A DNA stretch of 64,000 nt from Raillietiella orientalis. Its lineage: Eukaryota. Under the pieces are notes generated by a model. It worked only from the letters and a program-made list of their open reading frames with translations, searched no databases and was not told where the DNA came from. The position numbers were made by a program, and so were the translations under genes. The first letter of the stretch is position 1. Each line of letters opens with the position of its first letter. This document shows positions 40,101 through 52,300 of this stretch, one piece after another. The stretch is from NCBI GenBank assembly GCA_036172245.1, contig JAYWIR010000004.1, positions 4,340,001-4,404,000 of the forward strand, read 5' to 3'.

Positions 40101-43100
40101 GAAGAGTAGCTGACTGTGTTTTCTTTTATAAAGGAAGGATTTCGAAACCCTCAAGGGTTTAAGATCCATCAATCTGAGCTTTTATGGAGCTCTTTCGAAT
40201 ATTCGGAAAACATACAAAAGACCGAATGTCACTGTTGGTTTTCTTAATCTACTCTCCGGGAGCTGAGGTGCCTCTGATGACTCCTTAAGTAGTCGTGCCT
40301 AAGAGGACTGTTCAGCTCACATTCCGTTATTCTTCACAGCGGTCTTTCAGCACTGACAATAACGATGGTGCCTCAGCAGTTTTCCTTTGGAAAATTCTTT
40401 GCTGCTTTTCTTATTTTTCGCAGATTCTTGACAGAATGAAACTGTCTCATGAGCAGCCGCTAGTGATTCGGCTGAACTTGCAGTAGTGTTTCGCAGGTGC
40501 CTGGAGCACTAGCCCTTCAGCAAGAAGGAAATGCATTGATTGCCAAGAAACCTCATCAGCGGGTCTCATGGCAATGCATAGCTAGATAGACTAAATAAAT
40601 AAAAGTTTGAAAGTTCCTACATGAATGATACTGCATTTTGCTTTGCTAGAACTCTAAGTCGTTTCGTTATCACCATCAATGTACTAATTCTGATGTGCTT
40701 AATCTACATAAGAATCGACCCTGCACGAAGTAGATGAATCCGCGAAGTTTGAGCCAATCAGCAGCTCACTGTGGCGCCTCACAGCTCATCTTCCCTACCG
40801 GTGTCAGCTTCTCTACATAGCAAGACTTCCTGACGAATGACGTCATTGAAAACCGCTTCTCAAAGCGCCATCACACAACAGTTCTCCAGTGGCAGCCAGG
40901 TAATTTGGAAACATTAGAATCTTTGCTCGTAGCCATCAGATTTTAGCAGGTAGTTTCGTCTGCTCCTATTGTACATTCCTGGAGTACATATGTTTTGTTT
41001 CTCATTCGTGAATTTTTTCGTGTCAGGGATTTGATTCAGGATTTTCAAGCCGAAAACGTTCTCTGTTCTTGTGTTTCAGTTTCAGTGCTCCAGATTTCAC
41101 AGAGACTTTTATGCCATAAACACAATTTTGGGGGACTGTAAGCAAACGACCCACTGCTTCATCTTCGTCCATTTGGGGTGTTTGGTATACTGAGGAATGG
41201 ACAATATCTGTACATATCACAGAGTAGGGAAGGTTCAGGAAAGGACAAGAGCAGAATTCTGGAAAATTGTCGAAGCATCGATAAACCGATGAGAGGAAAA
41301 CGACTAAACGTTATTAAGTGTTAGCAACTTCACCACGTCGTCATGTCCTGAAAGGAAACTTCACCTGAATCCAAGGAACGAAAGCAAGATTGGAAAAGTT
41401 TTCTTTCAACAGCGTAAATGGCTGTTACTGAACGGTTCGTCCGAATTGAGAGAAAAATCACTTGTTAGCGCTGACCTCAATGGTGCTTTCCAAGCAAAAG
41501 TGGGCAATGCTGAAGACTTCTCAGTAATGAGCGTTCAAGTGACGAGAGTCTTCGACTTGCCTTGGCATTTCTCGCAGTTCGCCCACGAGTGAAGTGCGTC
41601 TTTCACAGAAGCTCTTTCCGTTCTGTTTTGTTATTATACTTGTATACGTTTGCATGTGGCCTGCTGATGTAGACAGATAGTGGATTTGTCTATTACATCA
41701 TACGTATCTATTGTTTATGCATGCTCACATTGAAAAGAACAGACATGCATAGCCAGATAGGCTGCACAAATAGAGATGAATTTAAAAGTTTCTGCATAAA
41801 AGATAACATCGTTTTGTTTTTTGTCTTGCAGCCACGTTTCGAATTAAAAGCAAGAGGAGGAAGGATGAAGACAGGAGTGATCGTCATACTAGAAGGATGC
41901 TGGGCAGTGTGTGTTGAAGCCTGCACTCGACACCAGTAGAAACCATTGTTGGATGACCTTTAAATTTCTATTTGGTAGAAATGAACTGCCAAAAGTGAGG
42001 CACTTTGTTCAGAAGTTATTTCGAGTTAGATTCCGAAGTCTCTCCAAAATGGAAGGTTGATCCCGTAGACCTCGAGGGACAAAGCAAATGGTAAAATCAT
42101 TGCTTTTTACCAAAGTCTTTCGCCTGAGAGATTCCCAGTATGCATCCCCAAAGCCATGGATACAAGCGAGCATCGCCAAGCTTTATCCTGACTTTCTGAT
42201 TCATGTTAAGAGATAATCTAAGCACTTTCATCTAGCATCACCCAATGAGCATTTCTTGATACATTCATCAGCCTCAGACAAAGGAGACTTTTCTTGTTTA
42301 GTGTTCAAATCTGAAGAAGCAACCATTCAAAAAGTCTAGTATTTCATCTGAGGGCGAAAGGTGAGGACCTTTAGGAGATGAATGGAAATTCAAAGGGATT
42401 TGAGGATTGGTAGAGGTTCGCTTTTTCTAGTTACGCGCTCAGCTGAGGTTCCTGCAAACACGAAAACAGCAGTTGATTTCGAAGTTTCGATTGAGAGACC
42501 GAAACCTCGAGGTGGAACATCTAGATTTGAGTTTTTGATGGATTACCATGATAAAAGAATGATCCTTTTTATTATTCTGTATCTGCTGTCTGGTATCTGA
42601 ATGAGGGTTTCCTTGGGTGATGAATTGTTAAATACATTAGAGCACTTCCGCTTTTGTAGAATCGCCTATCATCAACTTCAAGTTTTGCACTTTTGTGATG
42701 CTTCGTTCGTTGAAAGGGGAAGATAATGAAAAATTCCAGAAACATCATATGAAACGCATCTCCTATTCATGTTTCTTCCAAAATTTCGAATTCCTATAGA
42801 TAAGACTAGACAGCACACAATGGTACCACTAACGGAAGTATCTTGAATTTTGGAGGAAAGATCCCTTGTCTTGGTGTGATGAGAAAACAGGGCCTCTTGT
42901 ACCTTCATAGTGCAGCTGGAAAAATGGCAGCATTTAGATGGTGGAGGCCAAACTAGTAACGGATAACGATGAGGTCGATTCCAGGAGCAGGAGCAATGTC
43001 ACAATAAAGTGTGGGATGTTGCTACGCAACGTATATTCATATGAAGAAGCTGGAAAGCTTAGGAGAATACTTTTTCCGTTCCTCTTATGTAGCGCAAACA

Positions 43101-43308
43101 CAAGAAAAAGGGAAACAGTGTTCTTCCACTCAGAATAAAAAAATAGGGAACGATTGCTACTCAGGATTTTTATATAACTTGAGAGCGAGAGGAGGGAAAT
43201 CTAAAAGCCTCAGATGAGAACGATGTTCCTGCGGGTTGAATCAGAAGTCTACAAAAATTAGCAGAGAAAGAAACCCACGATGACTGGTCCCATCGTTGGC
43301 TGCTTTCA

Positions 43309-43429
43309 GCTGAAAGTCTTGTACCACTTGAGGAAGAAGATAAGAGAAATGGAAGATAAGCCCAACGGGATGAACGCAACAGTCTTTCTGGGCTTGGGCA
43401 GCTGAGGACGAAGCCGAATCTTGTTCTAT
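43309..43429 (+). repeat. Diverged direct repeat, copy 1 (copy 2 at 47740-47862)
   Basis: Shared core AGAAGATAAGAGAAATGGAAGATAAGCCCA and GGCTTGGGCAGCTGAGGA; roughly 80% identity by eye. Confidence 0.85.
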
Positions 43430-43893
43430 GAATTAATAGTAAACTGGAAGGCTTAGTAGAAAAGGAAGATGAAGTTTCTGCCATGTTTTGTTAGGAAAGA
43501 AATGAAACAAAAAATATGCAAGAGCATTCTTATCGTAACAACAGAGATACGAGCGTGGGTCTCAGAGGGCAAAGATGTGCATTTTCGCATGTATGTTACT
43601 TTTCAAATTACAAACTGTGAACATTCATCGTACAGTTCTAAACATGGGAGTCCGAAATCACCTGATAGGTTGGTTTGAAAACACATCACTGAAACTCGTT
43701 TTGCGATTAGGAAACAAATTTTTATTAAAGAAAAAAAAAAGAGCAAGAAAAAAAAAGAGAGAACCACGCACCAGAAAAAACAAACTGGAACTCCCTATTT
43801 TATGGTTGGTGACTTGTGCAACTCTCATTCCTTGTCCTCTCTTACAAATTTCTACTCAAGTTCAAAGCATATGTCATCATTCTAATTCCAACT

Positions 43894-44627
43894 GCCCGCG
43901 TCGGAGGCCGTGTAGTCACGGTGGTCTCCGCACGTGGCACCATGCGTCGTGGGTTCGAATACTCCGAAGGAATCAACGCAGTGCGTCGTGGGTCCCGAGT
44001 TCACCCCACAGGATGACTCCTGGTTGGCCTACATCCATCCGGGTGCGGCACTGGTAGCGGTTGAAACCGGAAGTCCCCCGATGAGGGCCGGGACAAATGG
44101 GAGTCGACCTCCGGGTCCTTCCAGGAATCATGGAGTGGGAGTTCCCCTCCGGTTGTGAAGGAGCGGACCCCCATTGCGGGGGGGACCCCTCTGCGTCGTA
44201 CTGATGGAGTAAGTGTGTCGCCACCACCTCTCCAGAGAATGCAGAGACGCGAGCTGATCCCTTCGGGGAAGCTGCTTCCTTCTGAATTTCGGAAGCGTCC
44301 CTTCTGGGTTCTCTTCAGAGGAGTAAAAACAGGAGCGGATCCCTTCCGAGTTCCCTCCAGAGAAGGAAAACTGAAGCGCTGAAGCGGACCCTTCCAAGGG
44401 TCTCTTCGGAGAGAATAAGGAAAGAGACTCCTCTCTGGATCCCCCTTCGGAGACAACCAGGGTGGAGGTGATCCCTCCCCAGGCGTGAGAGGAACGGACT
44501 CCCGAGTCCTCCTGGATCCATAGGGCGGACCCTCCCGAAGTACCCCCTATCTTGAAGAAATTACCTACCCTTGGGTGGCGTGGAACCGTGTCGAAGAACT
44601 GCGAAGACAGAAAAGAAGGATTTCCAT
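43894..44627 (+). repeat. Inverted-repeat arm A: GC-rich, tRNA/SINE-like head plus ~40-bp degenerate subrepeats
   Basis: Mirror of 46452-47201. The ORF track shows the same peptides on opposite strands (44155+ vs 46631-, 43973- vs 46909+). Confidence 0.93.
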
Positions 44628-46451
44628 CTCCCAGATTCGTCAGCTATCAATAAGGAGAATAATGGAATTGCCAATTATTTTGGAAACTGACCAAACAAAC
44701 CAGAGCAACGTACCTTGGGATTTGCAAACCCAAGGTACCCTGAAGGGGAATCCCTTCAGGGTACCTTCCTCTCCATTCCTGAAGAACAGCCGGAAAAGCT
44801 TTCTCTGCGATTAAATGACATCCAGTGGAAAATCTGTTTAACATACCTTGAGCTCCCGAGGATCGAGACTTGATACTTGTTGCTGTTGGTTTTTAGTTTC
44901 ATAATTCCGCAGTCAAAGGATTGGAGGCACACTTTTTTGCAGGAATTACTCTTTCCCAGTCGCCGGAAAGCTATGGTTCTCCAGAAGGTAATGTTATCAT
45001 TAAGATGCTGGTCCCCCAATAAATTGTCCATTTCTCTCAGGGAAAAAAAGATAAAGGAGATTCGAAAAAGTGGAAAAAAGGGTCATTTAATTTGATTTCA
45101 GATGGAGCCATATATACTTTTCATTATGTTTCTTCTCTTCTCTTCAAGATCAGATGTGTCTTTTAAGCATGAAGATAAAGAAACGGTGCTTCGAAAATGC
45201 CGAACCTTGCGAAAGCATGACTAGGAAGTGAGGGCGACGGATAACTCCTCAATAGCTGCTCTGGGAACACAGAAAGGACGCTGCTATCGAGGCTTGGAAT
45301 AGCAGAGGATTATTTTCCTAGAAGATAAGGGAAAGTTTTTCTGATAGCTGATGAAAAGTGGAAGTAGTGATCAAATTATGCAAGGGGATGTTTATATTAA
45401 TCTGACTGATACCTTCTCTCTACTTTCCCCGATACCCTGTACAGTCAGCTGCTCATGATAAAGCTTGTTTAAACTTGTCTTTTTTGTAGAGCAGCTGTTT
45501 CCTTGCATATGAGTCATTGGCGGGTTTAAGTGTTTTTAGAAAATTGCAAACGAAATTACCATCCTCTGAAACTTCATCCAGTAATGTGTAGGTCTCAATT
45601 GTGTAGACGGCATGCCATTTACATCACCAGCAGCATCATACCGTTGAATAATTGCTGCATCTCTTGTGAAGTTTCTCGTTCAAAGTACTCAGCGGATAAG
45701 AAGATCATTGCTTACGTGACTAGCTCTAGTTCAGCTGATACTCTTGCGAGCTACTCTAAACGCATAACAAAATGAAGTACATGTAGAGGGAAGAACGTGG
45801 GAAACATGATGGTCCATTTCCATGTAAATATGCCTTTGAATCTAAGAGAAATGTACATTTTTGTATAGCGTGCGAAATGCAAAATAACCTTTGAAAATAC
45901 ATAATCTTCGTTAGGAATTTAACAAAAGAATAAACAAATGAAAACCTAGTTCTTCATAACACTGGTAAGTAAAGTAAGCATTCGAAATTGCGAATCATCC
46001 AAAGATTCTAATCACCGGAAGAACTAGAACAGGAAGAAGATGTGCCACAACTGGTGTTGAGCCCTTCGCAACCTTTCTCTTAGAAGCGTGTCTGGCTTGA
46101 GCACCTTTGAAAAAAAAAAAACAAAGAGAAAGAGAAGAGATAAAAAATTTATCCTCAATGTTTAATAGTCTGTGAACTTCATGAAGGCTACCTCTCAAAT
46201 TTTAATAGGAAGATTCTCGTTTCCCATTAAAAGAGGAACGAGATATGATATGAGCTGATACTCTTGCTGAACTAGAGCTATCTTCTTATCCGCTGAGTAT
46301 TTTGAACGAGAAACTTCACAAGAGATGCAGCAATTATTCAACGGTATGATGCTGCTGGTGATGTAAATGGCATGCCGTCTACACAATTGAGACCTACACA
46401 TTACTGGATGAAGTTTCAGAGGATGGTAATTTCGTTTGCAATTTTCTAAGA

Positions 46452-47201
46452 ATGGAAATCCTTTTCTGTCTTCGCAGTTCTTCGACATGGTTCCACCCAC
46501 CCGAGGGTGGGTAGTCTTCAAGATAGAGGGGGTACCCCGGGAGGGGTCCGCCCTATAAATCCAGGAAGGACTCTGAGTGACTCCGAGTCCGTTCCTCTCA
46601 TGCCTGGGGAGGGATCCCCGTGAATGAGGATCACCTCCACCCTGGTTGTCTCCGAAGGGGAATCCCGAAGGAAATCTTCCTTATTCTCTCCGAAGAGACC
46701 ATTGGAGGAGTCCTGCTCCAGCTTTTCTTCTCTGAAGGGAACCCGGAAGGGATCCGATCCTGGAATTTCTTCTCCGGAGGGATCCCCCGCAAGGGATCCG
46801 CTCCTGTTTTTACTCCTCTGAAGAGAACCCAGAAGGGACGCTTCCGAAATTCAGAAGGAAGTAGCTTCCCCGAAGGAATCGGCTCGCGTCTCTGCATTCT
46901 CTGGAGAGGTGGTGGCGACACACTTACTCCATCAGTACGACGCAGAGGGGTCCCCCCCGCAATGGGGGTCCGCTCCTTCACAACCGGAGGGGAACTCCCA
47001 CTCCATGATTCCTGGAAGGACCCGGAGGTCGACTCCCATTTGTCCCGGCACTCATCGGGGGACTTCCGGTTTCAACCGCTACCAGTGCCGCACCCGGATG
47101 AATGTAGGCCAACCAGCGTCATTTGTGGGGTGAACTTGGGACCCACGACGTATGATGCCACGCGCGGAGACCACCGTAACCACACGGCCACCGATGCGGC
47201 C
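46452..47201 (-). repeat. Inverted-repeat arm A'
   Basis: Reverse complement of arm A. I count 5 differences in the central ~325 bp, with more divergence and indels toward the ends. Confidence 0.93.
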
Positions 47202-47739
47202 TCCAACCTTTTTTAATGGTTGAGATAATGAATTTTTCTGCAGCCGTTTTTTCCATTTTCAAAAGCAAGTAAACACGTTTTCCAAGAGAGAAATTTTAAA
47301 AGTCTTGGTTATCTCACAAAGAGCTGATGAAAGAGTTTAAATAAAAACTATAATAGGTGTTGCATATTTGGAAATTATTCTTTGAGCTTTTGAAAATTCT
47401 CGAAAAATCCCAACCTGATTTCGTATTTCATTGCCACACTTTACACGTTTTGACGTATATGAGGACTTGCATTTGGGAAGAACATTCTATCCATTGACCC
47501 TTGGAATCCTCTAGACATTCCACTGAACAGACAAGTAGCAACAACTAAAAAACCACTCTTTTCCGCGAACGAATTGCACTCTTTCCTTAGTGATCTCACG
47601 AGACTTGAAACTGTAAGAAATGCTTATTCGGGGTACAATTTTGCTCATCTTTGATTGTTCCAATAGCTTGCTGGAAAATGAATGAATGTTCACTGTCTCA
47701 ATGAAAAAGTGGAAGCTTTGGTTTTGAGCTGAAAATACT

Positions 47740-47862
47740 GCTGAAAGTGAACTGTACCACGTAAGAGAGAAGATAAGAGAAATGGAAGATAAGCCCAGCA
47801 GGATGAAAGCAACAATCTCTGTAGGCTTGGGCAGCTGAGGAAGAGGCTGATTATTGTTTTAT
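47740..47862 (+). repeat. Diverged direct repeat, copy 2 (copy 1 at 43309-43429)
   Basis: Same shared cores as copy 1. Confidence 0.85.
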
Positions 47863-49274
47863 AGGTTCGTTTAGAAGGAACCATCTTTGGAAGGCTTTAC
47901 TGCCAAATCCTCCCAAAGATGGACGATTCAAATCTTCAGCAAGATTTCAAGAGCAGCTAGCTAGCTGCAGCATCTTTAAGATACACTTATGAAGGATATT
48001 CTCGCACCAGTTTGGAATCAGCTCGTTTTCGAGTTTACTCCAGTTTATTAGAGTAATACTGGAAGTACGTAAGATCAGAAAGAAAATTATGCACCCAAAC
48101 CAGAATAAGTAAAAAAGAATAGGAACGAGAAACGGTGAAAGAAATGCATCTGTGAACTTCTGGGAAGGCAGAAAAAATTTCAACTTTATTTTAATACTAG
48201 TAATGGTGATGGTGACCAGTAGAGAATTGAAGACTATTGTAACTCTGTTTTTGTTTACATTTAGATTTCCACTGCAGACTCCGATATGTTACGTAAGTTA
48301 TCTGACTCAGACATGGAGCAGGCCATTCAAGGTGTACGAGAGCATAGTCAACCGGTAAGTTCAAAGTACGATTATTATGGTTTTGACTTAACAGGAAACG
48401 CACCATGGAGAAGAATGTTGTACACAGTGTTGTCCTTTCAAAACAGTTCTTCAAAGACTTATTTTGTTCTTGCAAAAGAATACGCCTCTCCCTCATTTCC
48501 TTTAAAAGAATCACTAGCAAAAAAATTGCTGAATTTCAGGTACATTCTCCAATAACCAGGCAGTCTAGGAAAGTTGATCTTGACTTTTACTTCCTTGTGT
48601 ATGTGTGTGTGTGTGTGTGTGTGTTTTTTTCTAAGGTGCGAAGATGTGAACCAGTGATAGTGAGAACAGGATTAGGATTGCGATCGAATGAATCGACCCT
48701 ACTAACTAAGAGCCATTCTTCAAGGATCAGGGAGGGAATTAATTTTTGCAGAGTCGTATCCATCGATAATGCGGAAAGGTTCAAATAAAAGTTATTTTCC
48801 TTTGTTTACCCTTTGATGATTTTGCAACGGTTTTAAAAATGCTACAGAGTGATAAAAAAAAAAGAGAGAGAGAGAGATGCGTGTTCACAGAACTACTCGA
48901 AAATATCTCCCACTGGTGATTTAACAGAGGAAAGTTCTTATGGGGAGTGCCGCTGGCTTAGTTCACAGATTTAATGGAATGCACAACAAGTGGGGATGGG
49001 CAAACTAGGGGAAACTCATGCTTCGACGGACTCAGAACAACGAATAAGAGATGCCTCTTTCTGATTTGCTTTAAATACAACCCGAAAGTCCACGTTTCCA
49101 ATTGGAATCCTAATTTGGCACCATGTAGGCTCAGTCCATTCCTTCTTCTGCTATTCTTCCATCGTGTATTCGGTTATGGGGAACTGGCCTCGGTGACAAA
49201 AGGATACAGATCAGATTCAATGATCTGATGTAGCTACCAGCCATTTATACATTACTTCTTTACTTATGTAAGTT

Positions 49275-49312
49275 ACGAATTTATGCGTGAAGCATTTCAT
49301 GCATAAATTCGT
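49275..49312. repeat. Hairpin, 17-bp arms, one mismatch, 4-nt loop
   Basis: ACGAATTTATGCGTGAA-GCAT-TTCATGCATAAATTCGT. Confidence 0.9.
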
Positions 49313-52300
49313 TACTGCTGGAAGTGCTTTATGTCATCCAATGGCTCATGGCGTCACTAAAAATAGCAGGCAGCGCGGAAGACATTAAAACCCTTTGAGT
49401 CTCGGGGTGTGCGAGGAAATAGGAGCTGTACAGAAACGTATCCAAAGGCATGTGACGAAAATGCTGCGATGAGGGAACGAGTTCCACTGCTCAAAATGCT
49501 CACCGCATCGTTCTGAAGTGACTGACGACATTGCTTTTCCATCAAATGCTCTTAGAACGTGAGAAAGAGGAGCAACCAACAGTGTGTCGATGCAGTGGTG
49601 AGCTCGGCCGTCAAAAGCATCACGAAAGTGGCTTCGTCATCCCAGTTACTAGATGATTTATTTTTCGATCCAGTTCCCTAATCACCTGCTGGATCGCACT
49701 GCTTTTTTGGTATTTATTAAGAGATTTGTAAAGGCAAGTGAAGCTGATGGTAAGCATTCGCTGATCTAGACATGTTTTTCCCACGCAACAACGCACCCGC
49801 TTGAAAGAGAATGGCAACTTTACACTCTCATCCCTTTGGTGTGTGCACGGTGTGATTTGTGATCACTGCTGTTCTCTTTGTCAACGCTTCGATTCGGAGA
49901 TTACGTTTCTAATCTAGGGTAAGTGATTTATCATTTGACATACGAAAATAAGAAACACAAAGTTCAAAGAACTCAACCCAAGTTCTTTGCAGAAGGAACC
50001 GCTGAATGTATGGGCACACGGAATGCTCGCAAGTGTCCGTGCCTTATAAATGTGGCGAGATCACAGGAAGCAAATGACGTTCTCTGCCAAAAAAAAAAAA
50101 GTCGTCACAGCTTTGAAGGGAATCCTTTTTTTTCCAGGATGTGATTAAGGGAACTGACCTGCATCGATCAGGTTCAAGCCACGTGTGCCCGTCATCAAAC
50201 GGGGCAGATCTGGTACTGCTGTGCACTAGGAGGAAGTTGCAACCAATGTTTGGCAACCGTCAGTGAACCCAGGAAGCCTGAGCATCTTGAGATAAATGGA
50301 TGCGCAACGGCATTGCACCGAACACATGCAACCTCCAGCAGGTACGAATCCGTCGCAGACGTTTGCCAAGAAGAGTTCGAAACTTTTTTAACATTTTCTT
50401 TAAGAAAACAGAATTCATAAGGCGGCAGAAATAGAACTGCAGGTGATTAAATTTTGAAAAATATTTCATGGGTTTTCTTAGATTTCAAAGATTGGAACTG
50501 AAATCAGGATTGCCATGGAAAAGAACTGGATAGTAAAGACATGCTGGGGAAAACATACACCACGAAAGTACATCATTGAGGATCCTTGGTGATGTTATTC
50601 CGGCAACGACTCATCCCAGTAAATTCGACATAACATTATGTTGATAAAAGCTGATGGTCTTGTGTGTTCGCTTCCTCGGAGGATGAAGTTCGGATTCTTC
50701 CCAAACCTTGAGGGTTTCGAATTCCCCACTCTAGTGCAACTTCGCCCGAGAGATGCTGTTCCGCATGACTGCCTTTAAGATATGCCCGGAAACCGTATCA
50801 TTCTTCATTGGACCATGATCTTTCTTGGTTTGCATTCTTCAGTGGTTAACCCGACTTGCTTCTTCCGTCTGCGCTTTGTCCATGGGCGCAGGTAGCTCCA
50901 TACTATCCGAACGGAAACTCTCCAGTGTCACCGCTCTACACCGTCTTCCCTGTTCCTCCCGAATCGTCCCTTCCTTTGCTCCGTTTTTCATCCTTCCTCG
51001 AGAGCGCCGTGGAGAAACGTTCCAGCTGTTGACGTTTTTCCTTTTTTTCTCTCTCTTTTAAATTGGGATGACGCTGTTCTTTGCTTTCTTTCCCGTTAGT
51101 AGGCGCTGCGAAAGAGGTGCCAAGCGGTTGTTGCGCCGGAAATCTCCATCTCTCCTATGAAGGCACTCGAAAAGGTGGGCCTCGTGCTACTCGTCCTTTT
51201 CGGCTCACATGCATTCCTTTGGCGAAAGCATTTGCAGGATGCTTGGATCTGCAAGATCTTTCCACAGAAGAATGTAGTGCAGATTCAGTTTTGAGAGTCC
51301 GGTTTCCTTGGGCTCCGTGACTCGAGTAGACTGCTCTTTCTCTGAATTCCACGCATCCAGGACTGCTCTTGCGGCAGACTCGTGCAACTCTGCAGCGATA
51401 CACTTCGCCCTTAATGAAGGCGATCGATCAAAACTATCTTCAGCTTCTCACTCCAGGGACCTTGTTGGGCACTCCGAGTCCGCAAAGCAACGTGTCAGAG
51501 ACGGCGGAAGAGGGAATCAGGAGCCACGAGGGACTGCTCCACATCCGTCATAAATCATTTTTTGTTCAGCTAATGAGCGGCTGAAGGTTCCTCCGGCAAG
51601 CAGAGCTCCCTCTCCCCCCCTTCCCCCTTTGATGGACCAAGAAACGCAACAACCATCTCTGGCAACCGTTCGCGAGCGCTTTCGGTCGCCCGTGCGTCCT
51701 CTTCGTGCCTAAGAGGGTGTGGCGGGTGATCGGGAATCGCCCGGATGGTTCGTCGCAACCCGCAAGATGGCAGCACCTCCTCGTCCCCTTTCTCCCATTC
51801 GTGCGCAGCGCGGGTCCGAGAGCGCATCTGGAGTCTAACGCGCCACTGCGATGATGCAGAAGAGTAGGCGAGAGAGAGAGAGGGAAGAAGGGAGGGAGGA
51901 GAGCAGAGGGGAGAGGGGGGGCTTCCCTAATCGTTGTCCCTCGACAACGCTTCGCTTCCTCCCGCTCGTTCGCTTCCTCGGAGGCGCTCTGCGAAGCTCT
52001 AGATCCTCAGGGAAGCTCTCTGGGTTCTAAGCGAGATTTATAGCCCGGATACGCCCTGCATGGTAGCTTGGCGACGCCTCATCGAGGCGGGACGAGGTCC
52101 CCTGCGCCTGTCAGCTTCGAGTACTTCAAAAGGTCGTTGATTTCTTCTTTGCGGAAAGTGAATTCAACACTCCCCGATGTTTGTTGCCGGGAGCTCTATT
52201 TACATAATGCCCTGCACCCTGGACGTGCCCTTCCTCCTCCCGCCCTCCCCAAATAGGGCTTTTTCGAGAAACGACGGACGCCTCTCCGACAGAATGCACT

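Larger units (their letters stand above)
43894..47201. mobile_element. Putative non-autonomous composite fold-back element with nested inverted repeats
   Basis: Arm A (43894-44627) is the reverse complement of A' (46452-47201), and B (about 45535-45735) of B' (about 46266-46449). Flanked by TCCAACT and TCCAACC. No transposase or RT ORF inside. Confidence 0.65.

Noticed and set aside
40830..40856. Hammerhead-like CTGACGA...GAAA
   Set aside because: Stem II is out of register with the core and stems I/III cannot be formed. No convincing hammerhead was seen in the fold-back element either.
44001..47216. ORFs of 80-198 aa within the inverted-repeat arms
   Set aside because: They are mirror-image frames of a GC-rich repeat with no transposase, RT or other domain, and indels differ between copies.
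48265..48539. Two exon-like segments around a 40-nt GT-AG gap
   Set aside because: The peptide is unrecognised, the intron is shorter than the confirmed ones (53 nt or more), and no flanking gene model supports it.
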